Origin: Acanthaster planci
Taxonomy: Eukaryota
Direction of reading: 5' to 3'
DNA: 64,000 bases
Assembly (NCBI RefSeq): GCF_001949145.1
Contig: NW_019091361.1
Location: 3,830,148-3,894,147, forward strand
Under the pieces are notes generated by a model that did no database searches, had not been told where the DNA came from, and saw only the letters and a program-made list of their open reading frames with translations. Position numbers and translations under genes: made by a program. Below are positions 61,361 through 64,000 of this stretch, piece after piece. The number at the start of each line of letters is the position of its first letter. The stretch's first letter is position 1.

Positions 61361-64000
61361 ATAGTGAAACAAAAGTTGAAAAAAAGGTTAACTGAGACAT
61401 AAAGGTGTATTTTGGAGGTTTGAATTCAAAAAATTGATTGCCGCTACCCGTGAAGGCCAGGATTCTTGTCTGTCAAAGTAACATCAATCACAAGTTCGGG
61501 CACAAACTAAAGTTGGACCAGTATTCAAATTGCTTTTTAACAATGCGCATGCGCATTTCAGTTACACTGGAACAACCCAATGCAAGTTGGTTAATTTTCT
61601 GAAATCTCCCCATGACTCACATTTCGCAGTTGGCTGTGATTCTCGCAGCATATATGGCCAATAAAATCTCGTAATATTATTTTCACGTGAACGGTTCCCT
61701 CTGTAATGATACATGAAATTGGCCGTCGACAACCAGCAGTGCCGCGGCAGCCATACCCCTGGGCCTGGTCCCAAATGGTCGACAAGAGAGTGCAAACCAT
61801 CCATCGTTCAGGCAGTGTTGGACAAACTGTAGTCAACGGTAGACGTTGCTTGACCTTGCCCGTTGTATAACAGACCTTCTTCATACGGAAGCCATGTTCC
61901 TAGAATTTGTCTTACTCGGAGTCATCTGTTACATGGTGCGAGACTAGTTGAGTTTTGTGCATCACTTTTGGTTTTTTTCTTTATGTGGTTTAAACCTATT
62001 TCCCCCAGGGTTTATGTAAAATCTTATTGAAATCGGAGGATTGAGGACTAGGGCTGTAACATTTAGATATAATTAATCACAAATTTCAAAGTAATCCTCA
62101 GAATAAATGGCATTAATTTCTAATGTAAATTTTTCATTGCTTTTATTTTCATTCTCATCAGGTTTACTGAGTTTTCCAGAGTCACGATACTCTAGGAAAA
62201 GGGGTCCTCCACTGATTACCACTCAGTCGGATTCTGAACCTTAACTAGCTCTCCCTGATGACACAATTTATTTGGGATTACATTATTTTATGACTCATCA
62301 ACAGGCACTTTTTTAAAGCATGGCCGACAACACAGGAGGGCGCTATTCGGAGTGGGTACGTTGGAGTCACCACAAAAGATGCTACCCTACCAAACAGCGC
62401 CCTCCAACTGCATCCACCATACTTCTTAATAGCATCACTGATAATATTTCAGTTGGTTGATTCTCACAAGTCATTTCGATTGCACAAAGCTAAGCTTACC
62501 TCTCCTTTACTGGCAACCATCTTGACAGTAGCCCAGGCTGTTAGTCTCTGCCAAACAGTTGGATTGCTCAATCTGTTGAGAGCCAAATACACAGACAGAT
62601 GCATGCACCAGTCGGGTCACACATATTAGCATCTCTAAATGCTGGGCAGGCATGAGATGGAAGATGGCAGAATGTCTGCCCGGCATGAACCAAGTGAGTG
62701 CACTCATAGAGTACATGCACATGCTTACGCTTTAGGTGCTGCCGACATAACCGGGGAAAAAATGGACACACCATGGGGGCATTTGCACCAAAAAACCCCT
62801 CCAGGCAAACGGATGACCTTTGAAGGACTGAGTAGAAAGGAAACGGAACATAATCGAGACTCGGACACCAATTCTGGAGAACCCAACTAGAACAGTGAAG
62901 CTGTCATGGCTAGCCGCTACATTTCTATACATGTCTGTTTCTCTCTTTTGAAACAGTCACCTATTTTGTAATCGATTTGTGATCATTCCTGCAACTTTGC
63001 ACAACTTGTGACTGTAACATTTAAATATTTGATCCAATTTGAGGTAAATATGCAATATGCAGCGCAGCTGACAATTCGATTTTTGTCGACCATTTTCCAA
63101 CGAGGCACTGCGTAAAAGGCCTCTCTGTGGCAACCTCTTGGTGGTGTAATGAATCATGAATGGCCTGTATTGCCCATCCAACTAGAGGTGATGCATTAAT
63201 GCGTCCGCAGAGGGCAAGAGCTTTAACCAGGATAGGCCAAAAAAAGAAACCCTATTGGCCGTCCATTGTAACTAAATTAAATAACATAAACAGCCCCTGA
63301 GACACGGTGGAGATGCAGGCAACTCATAACCTCTAATCAATAGATGTCCACAAACAGACTTACCATGCGGTTTTTCCACTGCTCCAGCTGAAACCTGTAT
63401 AAACTCACTCTGTTGTCAAAATCCTGCACCTCCTCCATGCACACATCTGTTCACAAAAAAAAATGATTTTTAGCAAATATCTTTGTAGTTGTCCCGACAT
63501 AAGGGCCTTTGCTCATGTATCCAAGTCAATAATCTAAAGCAGTTTGTAGTGGCGTATCTGTGCATATGCCCTGGGTCGTTAGGCCTTTACTGCGTTAGAA
63601 AGACCATTCCTTTGGATGGGTGAATTAGGACCGAAATGTAGGGACATTTCTCTGTCCGAAAATCAGTCCCTTCAAAACAGGTGAAATAACATGCATATGT
63701 CCTCACAACTATGGCACATGTGCATGAGTTTTCATTTCCATAGTGCTCCATGAGAGAAACATTCCACTAGAGAGAGAGGGCCGAGTTCCGCCGCCTTTTC
63801 GCTGTTTACATGTCAACCCTTTCCCCAGCTTCTTATCTGTTAAATCCTTTGACCAAACTATTACATGTGATCCTTGAATTCACTGGTACATGCACTACTT
63901 TTGTGTACTGAAACGTGAAGTGTCACACAGGATAGTACAATTTACATGCTACATACAGCACTAACACTTTGAAGGATTAAAGCCAAAGTAGGTTAATCCT

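Overview
Intron-containing, repeat-rich animal genomic DNA; invertebrate-like, species not determinable from the sequence. It has an 850-N gap at 59323-60172 and a 7-N gap at 32042-32048. It begins with the last three coding exons of a dimethylglycine dehydrogenase (DMGDH-like) gene. The main discovery is an old tandem segmental duplication (about 7.7-20.9 kb versus about 32.2-50.0 kb). Each unit carries an intact four-exon gene that the ORF track only shows in fragments. The spliced products are 223-aa and 227-aa secreted prepro-proteins: an identical signal peptide, an extremely acidic propiece (35 and 40 D/E), then a 120-aa extremely basic, six-cysteine, beta-rich domain (32 and 42 K/R). 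The basic domains are only about 50% identical, and exon 3 is more diverged than the adjacent intron, the pattern expected of a rapidly evolving host-defence (antimicrobial/toxin-like) family. Between the units lies a decayed Ty3/Gypsy LTR retrotransposon with both LTRs (tRNA-Leu PBS, PPT, ATAA TSD). After the second unit lies a decayed DIRS1-type tyrosine-recombinase retroelement. Many MITEs and SINEs are present; several are confirmed by empty sites in the paralogous unit. All alignments and counts were done by eye.
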